Assembly: GCF_964204645.1 (NCBI RefSeq)
Contig: NW_027437432.1
Span: 1-64,000 of the forward strand
DNA: 64,000 nt
Direction of reading: 5' to 3'
From: Tubulanus polymorphus
Taxonomy: Eukaryota; Animalia; Nemertea
In this document: positions 35,943-55,769 of the stretch, piece by piece
Position numbering within the stretch: the first letter of the stretch is position 1
Layout of the letters: each line of letters begins with the position of its first letter
Notes under the pieces: model-generated
Told to the model about the DNA's origin: nothing
Database searches by the model: none
What the model saw: only the letters and a program-made list of their open reading frames with translations
Made by a program: the position numbers and the translations under genes

Positions 35943-36249
35943 ACTAAATGAACTTATAGCAGCACTTGATGACATCATCTTCATACAAACCAGTACATTA
36001 TAATTATAGTTACAGTGAAAAATAAAACATAATAGAATACATTTAAATATGACACTTAATGAGAACATGGTGTTCAGTACCCCCCACCCCCGCCCACTCC
36101 CCCCCCCCTCCTGTTACTGACTCAACCAGTAACAATACTCCTATGGCAGGGTATACTCTTAGGAACTCAGGTAATCAGATAGTCCTGACTATTCAGTACC
36201 TATAGCATTTAATAGATACTTGTAAGTAGTGTCTCATTGCAGAGCGCAA

Positions 36250-37237
36250 AAACACATTACCCCTCACAGTGCGAGCGAGGAGATAGCGCACATTACCCCT
36301 CACAGCGCGAGCGAGGGGATAGCGCACATTACCCCTCACAGCGCGAGCGAGGGGATAGCGCACATTACCCCTCACAGCGCGAGCGAGGGGATAGCGTACA
36401 TTACCCCTCACAGTGCACCTAACACACTGATTGTTACTGTTCATTTACAATAAAACTGTGAATTAAAATATAAACATTTTAGCGTTGCTTGCATATATTC
36501 AATTAGGCATTTCTTACAATAGCCACAGTATGTGCCATAAAACAGGAGTTACCTTAGTCCCACTGACCTGAAACAGAAGTCAGTCTCACTGACCTGAAAC
36601 AGAAGTCAGTCCCACTGACCTGAAACAGAAGTCAGTCACACTGACCTGAAACAGAAGTCAGTCCAACTGACCTGAAACAGAAGTCAGTCTCACTGACCTG
36701 AAACAGTTCACCGAAAGTGAACATAATATCTCATAAAACCGCTGTGAAAGGAGAGTAGCGGTATTCAAAAGGGAATCACAGTGGTTGAATCTGTAGGATT
36801 TAAATACCTCTCAAATCAGGGGTATCCTGTCCACATCGGCAGAGTTAGGGGTATCCTGTCCACATCAGCAGGGTTAGGGGTATCCTGTCCACATCGGCAG
36901 GGTTAGGGGTATCCTGTCCACATCGGCAGGGTTAGGGGTATCCTGTCCACATCAGCAGGGTTAGGGGTATCCTGTCCACATTGGCAGGGTTAGGGGTATC
37001 CTGTCCACATAGACAGGGTTAGGGTTGTCTAGTCCATGCAGTGCACACCGGACCAGATCAGTTGAATATCCGTGAATCTTGGCTTCACAGAAACACAATA
37101 TTCCTAAACAGATGAGAGTAATGAATGAGGGTTTTTCTTCCTCGCGAGGGATTGTCTCATCATCCCCTCGCGAGGGATTGTCTCATCATCCCCTCGCGAG
37201 GGATTGTCTCATCATCCCCTCGTGAGGGATTGTCTCA
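36250..37237. repeat. Cluster of four unrelated minisatellites (33, 26, about 29 and about 26 bp units)
   Basis: cacattacccctcacagcgcgagcgaggggatagcg; cactgacctgaaacagaagtcagtc; agggttaggggtatcctgtccacatcggc; ccctcgcgagggattgtctcatcatc. Confidence 0.9.
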
Positions 37238-37338
37238 TCTCCTATATATAATTGCAGATCACTTTATGTCAATGCATTAATATCACAAATTGTTTCGTCT
37301 ATAATTTCTATATACAATAACTTATTACACAATATACA

Positions 37339-37398
<60 letters not shown>

Positions 37399-38475
37399 CG
37401 TCATCATCATCATTGCTGTACAGAACATTATAAATCACCATTAAACACTGAACTGTTTCTTTCATTTACACTTTCCGATGTTGCCCGATGTTGCCCGATG
37501 TTGCCCGATGTTGACCCCGCACGCTGCATTCAAATATTCAAAGCCTTTTTCATATTAAAGTTGTCAATTCATGTCCTACAGTCAGAGACACCTTCAGTGA
37601 TTTATCTGAACTAAACACGAGTTTAGACCGCGTTGTCGTTATATTCAATTAGGACTCCTACTCTATTTACATCTAAACCTCTACAAATAATCCTTATCAT
37701 CTTACGAGCTCTAATAGTTTCCCTGCTCTAGAGCTTCAGCGATTCTTCAAATAATCTCAATCATATCTAGTACTACATGACTCTATTCTATCCAGGTTTA
37801 ATACCAGTTTTACCGATCTGTGACACTTTAAAGGTGGGTAACATAAGCCTGATTAATTTGATCATCATCGAGCCAAAATCTTTACCTAACTTAACAAAAT
37901 CTAAATTTCTTCTCCCCTAAAAAAAAAACTTATCTAAGCCGCACGAATTATCAGCGATTCATTAAATTCACAAAATTTCTTTAATTTGACTTCAGAGAAC
38001 GTGACAGTTTGAGTCGAGGTTCAGTTGAACTCGTAGTTCATTAAATTGTAACCAGAAAACTGTTAAACCGTGCATCAATAAGCTGTAAATATTGAATGAC
38101 TTTTGTTCACAGATCATTTCAAATAAACTTCTAAAACTAAATCAACATTCTACACACCAGTCTCCATCAGTGCACGAGGTTCTAACGAGGGTTTCTATAA
38201 AAGCAGGATTCACACACACTACAAACGGACAAACCTCAGGATTCTACATTATTACACATCGAAATAAACGCGTTAATGGCGGCCATTTTTGAAAATATAA
38301 TTATACCATGGGGACAATGAAAACCGTTAACGGTATTTTCCACTTTGTTGCTACGACTACCTAATTGGTATATATGTCAGGCACTTATTGATATTATTAT
38401 GATTATTATCAATATATAATTTTATGATGTGACTTTATTTTTTTGTAAAACGTCTTTTTAAATACACACGACATA

Positions 38476-38745
38476 TGGTACAGAGTACAGTACTGAGTAC
38501 GGTACCGGGTTCGAGTACGGTACCGAGTACGGTACAGAGTACGGTACCGGGTTAGAGTACAGTACAGAGTACAGTACTGAGTACGGTACAGAGTGCGGTA
38601 CCGGGTTAGAGTACGGTACCGGGTTAGAGTACGGTACAGAGTACGGTACCGGGTTCGAGTACGGTACAGAGTACGGTACAGAGTACGGTACAGAGTACGG
38701 TACCGGGTTCGAGTACGGTACAGAGTACGGTACCGGGTTAGAGTA
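38476..38745. repeat. 12/18-bp composite minisatellite
   Basis: gagtacggtaca / gagtacggtaccgggtta. Confidence 0.9.
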
Positions 38746-39371
38746 GTATGATTGATATTTATGAAGTTTGAGATTTTGGCTAAAACACATTTCTTCAGTT
38801 ACGCATTAAAACAACAGAAATAAAATTCCATTTCTATTTTTACAGACAAACTCAAAACAGCACATTTTATCAAATGCAAATTAATAGTTCTTTTTCAGCA
38901 CAAATATCGTTATTTCGTTTTATATTAAAAGCCATGCAAGCAGCGCAACCAGCTGCAGTTGCTGAAAACATTCAGATAACTGACGGATGAATACCATAGT
39001 AACATATGTCAACTATCCACCGGTAAATCCTAACCAACTTTTGAGCAACTGACCCCGGGCAGATACACAGACAAGAAAGCTAGCCAACCAGCCAGTCACG
39101 GTACACACAGCTAGCTAGAGATAGCCAGGCAGGTTCATAGGTAACCAGCTAGTCCAGGCACAACCAGCCAGTCAGGCAGCTATAATGGGAGTCAGTTAGC
39201 CAGCCAGTCAGGCAGCTATGCTGAGAGTCAGTTAGCCAGGCAGGTGTGCTGAGAGTCAGTTAGCCATCTAGCCAGGCAGCTATGCTGAGAGTCAGTCAGT
39301 CAGGCAGCTATGCTGAGTCAGTCAGCCAGGCAGGTGTGCTAGCTGCGTACATGATTTATCCTGCATTTCAT

Positions 39372-39695
39372 TTATATATCATTTTAAGGAACTCACTGAG
39401 AGTGATATATCATTTTACGAAACTCACTCAGTGTGATATATCATTTTAAGGAACTCACTGAGTGTGATATATCATTTTACGGAACTCACTCAGTGTGATA
39501 TATCATTTTAAGGAACTCAGCGAGTGTGATATATCATTTTACGGAACTCAGTGAGTGTGATATATCATTTTACGGAACTCACTGATTGTGATATATCATT
39601 TTATGGAAACTCACTGAGTGTGATATATCATTTTAAGGAACTCACTGAGTGTGATATATCATTTTAAGGAACTCACTGAGTGTGATATATCATTC
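39372..39695. repeat. About 31-bp palindrome-rich minisatellite
   Basis: About 10 copies of tgatatatcatttta(a/c)ggaactcactgagtg. Confidence 0.9.
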
Positions 39696-40687
39696 ACTCG
39701 ATATCTATTGAATATTTGTAAAAACCTCGTATTATCAACTTATAAAACATTTAAATACATTCAACTGTTACCGTTGCTGTGGTTACGAGTTCTAACAAGC
39801 ATCGCTGTTAAAATAATGAGATCGAATTTGAATTTTAAATGTTTGCCTGAATTACGCGTGCATCAGTACTGTCAATAGACATCAGAGGGCAGCACTATAC
39901 ACATTTACAATATGACTACTAATGGTATATATGAGACAGTTCCCTGTCACTTACTGACCACACAGGAGTATTCCCAGTCATGTACTGACTAGACCGGAGC
40001 ATTCCCAGTCATGCACTGACCGGAGCATTCCCAGTCTTCACAAACATTCATATGACACTTTCTTAGTTTTTGTTCTTTTCTGATTTTTTTTTCAAATTGT
40101 CCTTTTTTATTTTCTAATCATCAATAATTGAAATGACCGCGACCCCTACTAGTACTATACAACAACTCCCCCTATATTCATAGCTATATATTATAATTAT
40201 TATTATGATTAATATAACGGAATGTTTTTTACACTAATTCAACTCTCGCTCACAACCCTACCACCCCTCTTTACACAATCGACTCTTCTTCACTTCAAAC
40301 AATCTACAAATTATACTCAACAGTCTCGATTGTTGTTAACTGTTGACACGACGACAGCTTTTTGAATTTTTTTAAGTTGGAAAATATTGGAATGAATTAT
40401 TTACAATCAATTCCTGAAAGGGTATGACAACCCTGAAGGGTCCCCTGCCTTTACAGAGTTAGAATCTAGAATCAAAACCAACCAGATTTAGCTTCATTCA
40501 CATGAATCTAGTGTAGATCTAAAGTAGATCTAAATAAAGTGACTTCGTCCATTCTAGATTCATTGAAAAATGTCGAAAATCAGAAACGAAAGAAAATCCA
40601 ATTCTGTTCTTACTTTCTTTACTAGTAGTAGTTGTTTAAAGTACTCACTCCCTTTCACTCCCCTCCCCCCCCCCGTATGATTCGTTA

Positions 40688-46706
<6,019 letters not shown>

Positions 46707-46803
46707 ATAAACCAAAACTCGCCCAAATATATCCTTGATTTCCCTACAATCAGTTAGTTCTATAATCCAACAGCATTCACTTCGAGAAACGGGATTCACA
46801 CAG

Positions 46804-46814
46804 TACGCATGCGC
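46804..46814. promoter_or_regulatory. NRF1/Ewg-type site upstream of TENT4
   Basis: TACGCATGCGC about 100 bp upstream of the ATG. An identical 11-mer lies upstream of VAP. Confidence 0.55.
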
Positions 46815-47176
46815 CGATACGACATGGGCTTCCGGTTCACAGCCGACATTTCGTAAAGCATGCGGGGTCGAATCCCGCAGAATGATGTGCCGCCCGTTGA
46901 TTTCAGAAAACCTTGAATAATTGAGATCATATTTTTAACATTTATTGAGATATCATTCTCTACACTTATAATTGAGGAATATCTGAAACTCGTCTCTTTA
47001 CGTCGAACCGCGGCGCTATCAAATCAACTGGCAGAAACTCCAAATAATCTAATCCAATGTTCAGCCATTTTTCAAAAGAATGTATCTGCTCATCATTCAA
47101 AGCCATAGCAATAACATGGTCAGACTGAGTACACATGACTTTATTCGTATCTTTTAAACAAAAAAACAAATTCACC

Positions 47177-47960
47177 GCAACAGTAAAAAATAGTGAGGTC
47201 AGATTTCGACCGTCTATTGCTGCCCCTATGTATAACGATAGCGGGGAAACTGTGAACTAACAAAATACTCGCTTGCCAGACTCTTTGACCGGCAGTATTG
47301 TGGACATACTATTTACCGATTTGCGGGCCGGATTCCGAGAAAAATCTCAGACATAAAAAAAGCATTATACCAACTCAACATGTAATTTTTCTATAAAAGA
47401 ATCATTTATAGTTTATGATGAGTCTGTGATGAATAAGATGTCTAGTAGACCGAGTGAGTTCAGAGCTTATGAAATATTCACCTTAAACAATATGAAATCT
47501 ATTATCATATAGAATTTCGAACAGATTCAGAGTATCATAGTTTATTAGAATGAGGCACCACACCGGTCCGTATCGTACGTAAAAAGGAAATTCAAATTAC
47601 GGCAATTAAATTTGTTACTATTTTAGTTCACAGAAATTCCGCTATCGTTATTGATAGGGGCAGCACTGAACGGCTGAGATTTAAACACCGCCTCGTTACT
47701 CTACTGTGGCATGCGAGGAAAAAATATAAATTTTTCAAGTTAGATACCATTCATCACTCCCAACACTAGATCAGTTTGAATGACTAATTCTTTTTCGACG
47801 TAAAGGCGTCATTTAAGGGGATTTTTGATAGAACTCTTTTCTCAGCGAATGCATTAGCATCCGGTAAAGCGGCAAACTCACATGCCACAGGAAGAAATTA
47901 AAGCAAATTAAAATTTATTCTCGAATATTTTAACAGACCCACTGAATATATTAATATAGT
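47177..47960. mobile_element. Dispersed repeat copy 1 (probable non-autonomous DNA transposon) with internal inverted repeats
   Basis: Colinear with 62091-62930; 39-bp identical block actatttaccgatttgcgggccggattccgagaaaaatc. Arms 47177-47262 and 47623-47710 are imperfect inverted repeats. Termini and target-site duplication are not resolved. Confidence 0.6.
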
Positions 47961-48439
47961 CTGTATTGTAGGTATATTAATTAATTAATTTTACACACGC
48001 AGTAAATGATTACACATTTCTGGGATGTCACGTGACTTAATTGTATTTCTCATCTACCGAACACTTTTCAGAAACAGGTTTAAGTAAAAAATGTTGTTTT
48101 CAGCACTTCATGCAAAAAGTTAGCACAATTTAGTCTAGCCCTTCCGCAAATTAAGCTTTTCAAAAAAGTAGCACTAAGAAATAGACTTACAAACATGATT
48201 CCAAAACATCCAACTGTGGTTTGAATCAACCGAGAAATATTTAAAAAAAAACACAAATTTAATTTTTCGACAACTTTTTCATTTAATACCATAAGTGAAC
48301 AATTTGTTGCTGTACAACACCTTATTATCATTAATCATGTATCAATATGCTAAAAAAAAAACTTCGCGACCAAGGAAACCTCCGACACAGGAGTGATTTG
48401 GTATCGGTACCTGTAACTTGCATTGGACCAGATATCAGT

Positions 48440-51400
48440 ACCTGATCTTAGTATCTGATGGTGACGGTACCTGATCTTGCATCAGTACCTGATCATAGTA
48501 TCAATACCTAATCATTGTATCGATAATCATAGTATCAATAACTGATCACAGTATCAATACCTGATCACAGTATCGATACCTGATCACAGTATCGATACCT
48601 GATCACAGTATCGATACCTAATCACAGTATCAATACCTGATCACAGTATCGATACGTGATCTAGTGTCAGTACTTCATCTCATATTCAGAGATAATTCAA
48701 TAATCAAACAAAAAATACTCATCATCAAATACAAGGAGGTAACATTAACGTGCCAGAGAAGGAGCGGCCAGAAAATCAATTTTCAAACTTACATACAAGT
48801 TATAAATCTCGAGAGGTGTTGTATAAACCTCTATTTTACCACAACTGCAGCTTGACTAGCTCTGCTCTATAAATATATCGAAATATACGAATGTTTCATA
48901 GGCTTTTATCGAAATAGTTGTCATTTTGCTCCGACCCCAAATTCTTATCGAATTCTGTTTCTATAAAAACTAAAATTATTGCAACTTAATCATTTAATCT
49001 GAATTACCATCGCAGCTTGTTTCTATCTTAGAAATACAGACAAGCTTCAATTATATCTAATGAAAATACCATTTTCTTCGTTGAATACTATTCTGATTTA
49101 ATTCACAAAAATAACACAATTCGAGAGATATTTTTAGGTTCTAATTTCGAAATTAAAGATGGCCCAAACATTATTTTGGAGGTTGCTCCAAAATTAGCCC
49201 TAAACGCAGCTATGAATTTACAATTTGAGAACCAACAAATTTCACATTCGACCATCATTCACTACATACAATTAACTGCGTGAAAATTAGTGTACTCAAA
49301 AAAGTGGCATTAATTAATTTTCATCAAATATTTGTTTTACATGAATGTAATTTAAAACTACTGACCTCAATACAAAAACAATCTCAATATCAATTTATTT
49401 CTATATGAAACAAGTTCTGTAAGACACTATAGGAAGAAAGTTTCAACCATTAAACCAGATTTAATAAAACCAGACTAAAACTAATCCATGTCAATAAATG
49501 TTTATCAACAGTTGCTGTTTTTGAGTTGTCGCATTCTAGAAATTCAAATCAATGAAAATGACGAATTAGAATATTACAGGAGTCATGGGCTGCGTGTGGG
49601 ACTCCGGGGTCGCTGGGCTGTCGGACTCTTCAGTCACTAGGGCTACACTGTTAGATTTAACATAAATATTTATATTCGTTTACTATCAATAAATCATGGA
49701 TTTTAAACCTGTGGAACCAGGACTGGGTTGTGAAATCCTAAACATCTTTAAAACGACACGGTTAAAATGGTGAAATACATCTTGATCACGGGGATTAAAA
49801 AAGCTATATGTGATCACATAGAGATTAAATCACCAAGTGATCACAGAGATGGAATCACAGTATGATCACATAGAAATTGAATTACTATGTGATCACATAG
49901 AGATTAAATCACCAAGTGATCACAGAGATTGAATCACCGTATGATCACATAGAGATCGAATCTCTATGTGATCACATAGAGATTAAATCACCAAGTGATA
50001 ACAGAGATTGAATCAACGTATGATCACATAGAGATCGAATCTCTATGTGATCACATAGAGATTGAATCATGTTTAAATCATCTATGTGCAATTCATAATT
50101 TTAGCAGCAGAAAATAAAGTATTTTACACATTGACATCGATTAGAAAATGTAGAAAATTATCTTTCATCCTTAGTCCGAGAGGAACCCTGGCATGCGGGA
50201 ATCTACGAGAGGAACCCTGGCATGCGGGAATCTACTAGAGGAACCCTGGCATGCGGGAATCTACTAGAGGAACCCTGGCATGCAGGAATCTACGAGAGGA
50301 ACCCTGGCATGCGGGAATCTACTAGAGGAACCCTGGCATGCGGGAATCTACTAGAGGAACCCTGGCATGCGGGAATCTACTAGAGGAACCCTGGCATGCA
50401 GGAATCTACGAGAGGAACCCTGGCATGCGGGAATCTACTAGAGGAACCCTGGCATGCGGGAATCTACTAGAGGAACCCTGGCATGCAGGAATCTACGAGA
50501 GGAACCCTGGCATGCAGGAATCTACGAGAGGAACCCTGGCATGCGGGAATCTACTAGAGGAACCCTGGCATGTAGGGATCTGAGACAACCCAGTCATGCA
50601 GGGGATCCAAGACAAACCCTGGCATGCAGGGGATCTGAGACAAACCCTGGCATGCGGGATTCACACAGTACAATGTATATTTCTGTACACACCACTATGA
50701 ATGGTCATAATTAATTAATACAGCTTAAGAATTATGAATTAATTAATTTATCTTAGTAACTAATGAACAACTAGAAGCCAATTGTTTTTTTTGCTACAAA
50801 TCTTTGTTATTTTCGCACACAATAAAAACAATAGTAATTATTACTGTTATTATTAATAAAGCAATTTATATATATTTATATATATTACATGTTTATAGTA
50901 ATCAACACCCGGAGAACCAGGTGAATAGTGCCACAGCCTGCTCCTAGCCGACTTCACTACAGCAAAATGCACGAGTGGCGCCATCTATAACTGTATCAGA
51001 CAGCATTCCCATAAACCACAGAATAGGTGAGCGGTTCAGGACGTGGGAAACACAAGCCAACCATTGCTAGACCTATAACTACCAGCCCCGGTGCGGAGTT
51101 AACCCATAACTAGTACCAGACGCAGAACGGAGGCCTCGCCCACAGATACCTGATCCAGAATAGGTAAATTTACAATAAAACATCATTGACAAATTATTGA
51201 TTGTTAGAGAGAAGATTTAAACAATACATAATGATGAAGGAGACTATTATCACTTATCTGTGATTGTTTGCATAAAATATAGACAACCAACCGACTGACC
51301 GACCGACCAAGGGCTAGGGTTTAATTATACTCTGTTGTCTCTTGCTGTTTAAACTGTGGCTTAAGTGACCGACAACCACGCTAGAGTTATAATAAAACCT

Positions 51401-51710
51401 GGGTTTAGTTAATCCAGAATCACGTGCATTTGAGCATAGTTTACATTTTATTTACAGAGAACAAACTGATGCCTCAGACCCTCAACTCACTGACCCCTCA
51501 GACCCTCAACTCACTGACCCCTCAGACCCTCAACTCACTGACCCCTCAGACCTTCAACTCACTGACCCCTCAGACCCTCAACTCACTGACCCCTCAGACC
51601 TTCAACTCACTGACCCCTCAGACACTCAACTCACTGACCCCTCAGACACTCAACTTACTGACCCCTCAGACACTCAACTCACTGACCCCTCAGACCCTCA
51701 ACTTACTGAT
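48440..51710. repeat. Four unrelated minisatellites downstream of VAP (about 48440-48660, 49808-50070, 50179-50660, 51470-51710)
   Basis: cagtatcgatacctgatca (19 bp); tgatcacatagagatt... (about 21 bp); gaggaaccctggcatgcgggaatctac(t/g)a (29 bp); cctcagaccctcaactcactgacc (24 bp). Confidence 0.9.
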
Positions 51711-52233
51711 GCATCAGTAACCAGGGAAATATCACCAAAGAGAAATTCAAACAATTCTCAATCTCTCATATAGAAATACACTATGTATTATAATTAGCTG
51801 TATTCATGCCAGTGAGAGGAGAGAGAAGAGAGGAGGGGGAGAGAGGAGGGGGAGTGAGAAGAGGGAGTGAGAAGAGGGAGAGAGAAGAGGGAGAGATCAG
51901 TTCATATTTCTAAGTTGTATGAAGCTATAATTATAGTACATATTCATGTATAGAATAATGATCACTTTTTTTTCTCAGTCGAAACTCGTCACAAGGCAGA
52001 AAATCTTTTTTTACAAAAATTTGTCAAAGTTTTTTTTCCACATATTTCATAAGTCCTTTTCATCGAAGTAAAAAAAGTTCAATTTTCGCGATAATTTTTT
52101 TCAAATTAATTCGATGAACTCCAAAAAGCGATAAACGAATGAAGAGGACTTATACAGAAAACTCGTCCTAATCGCGAAATAATGCACAAACCCTCGGACC
52201 AGGGGGAGAGAAAAACGCGACGTAAAAATGATT

Positions 52234-52416
52234 TCAAAGTATGAATTTTCCGATGATAAAACCGAAAAGCAGCGCAGCAAACAGCAAGATGTAAGGAGGA
52301 ATTTGATTGGATTGTTGAATCTGCGTCGATGGTTGGTGGCTCACTGATCCTGATTTAACTGTATCAGAAATCGCTACTTTCCTCAAACGTACTTCACTTT
52401 CCTGAAAATAGTATCA

Positions 52417-52458
<42 letters not shown>

Positions 52459-54521
52459 CAAACATTTCACTAATTCAACCAATTATTTCAATCATACAAT
52501 TATCTGAACCCAGTTTCATCGGTTTAAATACCACTGGATCTACAACTGTGGAACTGGATCCACGACTGTGGAACTGGATCCAGGACTGTGGAACTGGATC
52601 TACGACTGTGAAACTGGATCCACGGCTGTGGAACTGGATCCACGACTGTGGAACTTGATCCACTACTGTAGAACTGGATCCACGACTGTGAAACTGGATC
52701 CACGACTGTGGAACTGGATCCACGACTATAAGACTGTTCAGATTGATACCTAAACCAAACGGAGTGATATTGTTGAATGAATTGAATATGTTGAGAAGCG
52801 CCACCTACCTTCAAAGTTGAATTTTCATGTCTTAATTGATTAATTTCAGAGTGAAGTCGTTTGCATTCTTCAGTCGTTTTCCTCAATTCTGACTCGACAT
52901 TACTGGCCTAAAAAACACAAATATTCTGACGAGTCAATACCGCAAATTAATTCACCCCCCTCCCCGCAGAGAGGGGGAATCCCGCCCCAAGCTCAGAGGG
53001 GAGATTAAAATCATGCTGAAAATCAAAAACCCAGAATTCTAGATTGAGAACCTCGACTGCCAGAGGAAGAATAATCTAGCTGGTCGGTTCAGTAAAACTT
53101 ACTTTAATAGTTGACTGTTTCTCAGGAGATGATGTAATATTAGTGGCGACCTTCACCTTAGTATTATCTTCATGACTTGTATCTAGATTGTTCTGAGAGA
53201 CGAGAGAAATAAAATCACTACTGTATCGCTGATAGAGACAGATAGGTGGCACTAGCGGTCTGACACCCGAAGACAAGGGACTGAGACTAATTTCTCTAAG
53301 CTGAAACTGTTAGCTATTAATATCAAGTGTATATGCAACCGATCACCACTGACACAGGCGGTATAATACATCCAGTAACAGTGAAAGGGTTAAACTTCTC
53401 AAAATCATCACTGAACTGAATCATTGCGAGGGTTGGGAGGAGTGTGGGGAGGGAGGAGTGTGGGGAGGGGGGAGTGTGAGGAGGGGGAAGTGTGGGGAGG
53501 GGGGAGTGTGGGGAGGGGATGAGACTTACCTGTACCGTGCTTTCAACCGGTAATTCAAACACACATCGAAGTTTTGAATCCATTAATGTTTCAGGAGCAG
53601 CTTCTTTCCACTAGAAATAATTCATAAAAACAATTTTAAACGTGAAATTAGATTGCGTTATATGGAATAAACGTAGAATGTAATTATTGTTACCAGATTA
53701 TCGACACTTTCAATCGGCCCGTTTGGAGCAAACATCGACTGAACCATAAATTTATGTTTATTTTTCTCTGAAGGGTCGTAGTCAAACGGTTGTAACATCA
53801 CTGCAGAAATAATTGACAATTAGTTCATTACACATTTTAACTCAGCTTAAATAGCCCCAAGTTCCACCTAATCATCAGACCAGCCCCCAGTTAAGCCCGG
53901 TTCCGCCTGAGCCTAAGTAAAACTCACCTGCTACATTGACTTTAGAGCCCGGATCTACGATACCGCTGTTTGGACGCACGCAGTATTTTTTGGGTGCTGT
54001 CGTTTTTACTTTGAAACAAACTCTTTTTTCTGTAGGGTTCGATAGCTGTAGGTCGGCCGTGACTACATCGGTAAATGGACCTGAAAAAAACACAATGAAT
54101 CCAGTGTTTACAGGAATTACAGGATCTTGATCTATCCGGTATCAGAATATCAGAATCCTCGACTGACTGACAGTTCAGACATTCCGCGCAGGAGATGATC
54201 AGATCAGCAGCCACGGGATTGGTCAAAATCTGATCCAGCCTCCAAAATTAACGAAGTTTAATTCATAAGTAACTTCTGTAATACCCAGTCCCTGTTCTAA
54301 ATTATGATATGGAAAGTAGTTTATGATCAGTGGAAGGAGGGAAAGGGGCTGTCATACGTCAAAACCCTAGAGAGAGATAGTCTGTTCAAAATTCATTCAG
54401 TTTCACAGAATTCAAACAGTTTTTATTGAACGCTGATTGATTTAAACGATGTTTGAGTCTTACCTCTAAATCTCAGCTCATATGCTGGCTCTAGAGCTAA
54501 TACCTGCTCGAGTTTAGACAT
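52234..54521 (-). CDS. VAPB: Vesicle-associated membrane protein-associated protein (VAPA/VAPB co-ortholog), 7 coding exons
   Basis: [19 protein letters not shown]|[40 protein letters not shown]...[26 protein letters not shown]...[13 protein letters not shown] forms the MSP domain. A coiled coil and C-terminal TM segment ([18 protein letters not shown]) follow. Confidence 0.95.
52533..52728. repeat. 20-bp intronic minisatellite in VAP
   Basis: About 10 copies of actgtggaactggatccacg. The same core recurs singly at about 19282 and 25598. Confidence 0.9.
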
Positions 54522-54590
54522 CTTACTGTGTGTTAGAGAGCGGGTTACAGGTTACAGGCTCCTCAGTACGGGCTATCTATTAACCACCAC

Positions 54591-54601
54591 TACGCATGCG
54601 C
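54591..54601. promoter_or_regulatory. NRF1/Ewg-type site upstream of VAP
   Basis: TACGCATGCGC 70 bp upstream of the ATG. Confidence 0.55.
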
Positions 54602-55769
54602 GGTAATTATGCGTCAATCGCCGGTTTTAATTCTAAAGCCGAAACGACGGATTTGCCTTGAGAAAAAAATTCGTTTAATATTCATTCAAATGGAAATGAA
54701 TAAAGAATCTGAATAAAATTTAACGTCAAAGGCATCAAGTGGGAGCACTTTACAATGTCTGTGATAATTTGATTCCTTAAGTTTTTTCAGAATCTTTAAA
54801 AAACCGTATAACATATAAAAATTTCGAATTTCTGTTGAAGTTGTATACACCAAAAAAATGGTATTACGTTATTTAAGTTTATCTGCTAAAAACATTAATA
54901 TACTAAAAAATGCATCTTTCGATACTTCATTAGTAATTAGTTAATAGTTTTCAACTTAGTTGCGACAGGGGTAGCAACCATTTCATAATCGTCAGAATCA
55001 TTTTCAATTAAATTCAATATAATTTTTATTGTACGTTATAAAGGTGGATTTCCGGGCAGCGTCCAATGTATTCATGTGTTTAGTGACATATTCAAATGAC
55101 AATATTGCTTTAATATCCAGATTTTAAAAAAAACCAGATAGATTTCTGATAATAAAGCTGCGGGCGGGACGGGTTCCACGGGTGGCATATTAGAAAATTA
55201 AATCGCATAATGACACGCCCGCCGGGACCGCCGATAGTTCGTTTCGAGAGGTCTTTTGCCCCGTGGCTTTGAAGTAGTGGGCCGACAAATGCGGGCCAAT
55301 TTTCAGTGTGGGAGGTGGATGCCCCGGGCCCGGCCCCGGTTTGCAGGCCCATGAAACCTTGAAAATGACCGAAAAGCCTCGAATTACGGCCAGGGTGGGA
55401 CTATAGTCAAAGGCTGTTTGGAAAAATTACAAGTCATGATTTCCAAGAAAGGCAAGAACAAGGCTTTTTTCGCCCGGGTTAGCACCGGTCGTTACGAGAG
55501 ATTCGACTCGCTTGAGAGTTTTGAAAAATTCCATGTGAATAAATGCGTCGACCTCTTACTGTCACGGTCCGCCCCCCCCCACCTCAGAGTTGTGGTGATA
55601 TCGCGTGGATATTCATTGCGTTGATCGGTAGCCAGGTGAATAGTTGGGTCACTCGTGTTTTACGTGTACGTGAATAACGCAAGAACTGATCGACTCCTTA
55701 CAACAGATTTATATTTGACAGATCACATTGAAACGATAGAAATTGTTTTGAAAGTCTCTCCACGACAAA

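Noticed and set aside
36818-37025. Interstitial telomere
   Set aside because: Only one GGGTTAGGG per ~29-bp unit, not a (TTAGGG)n array.
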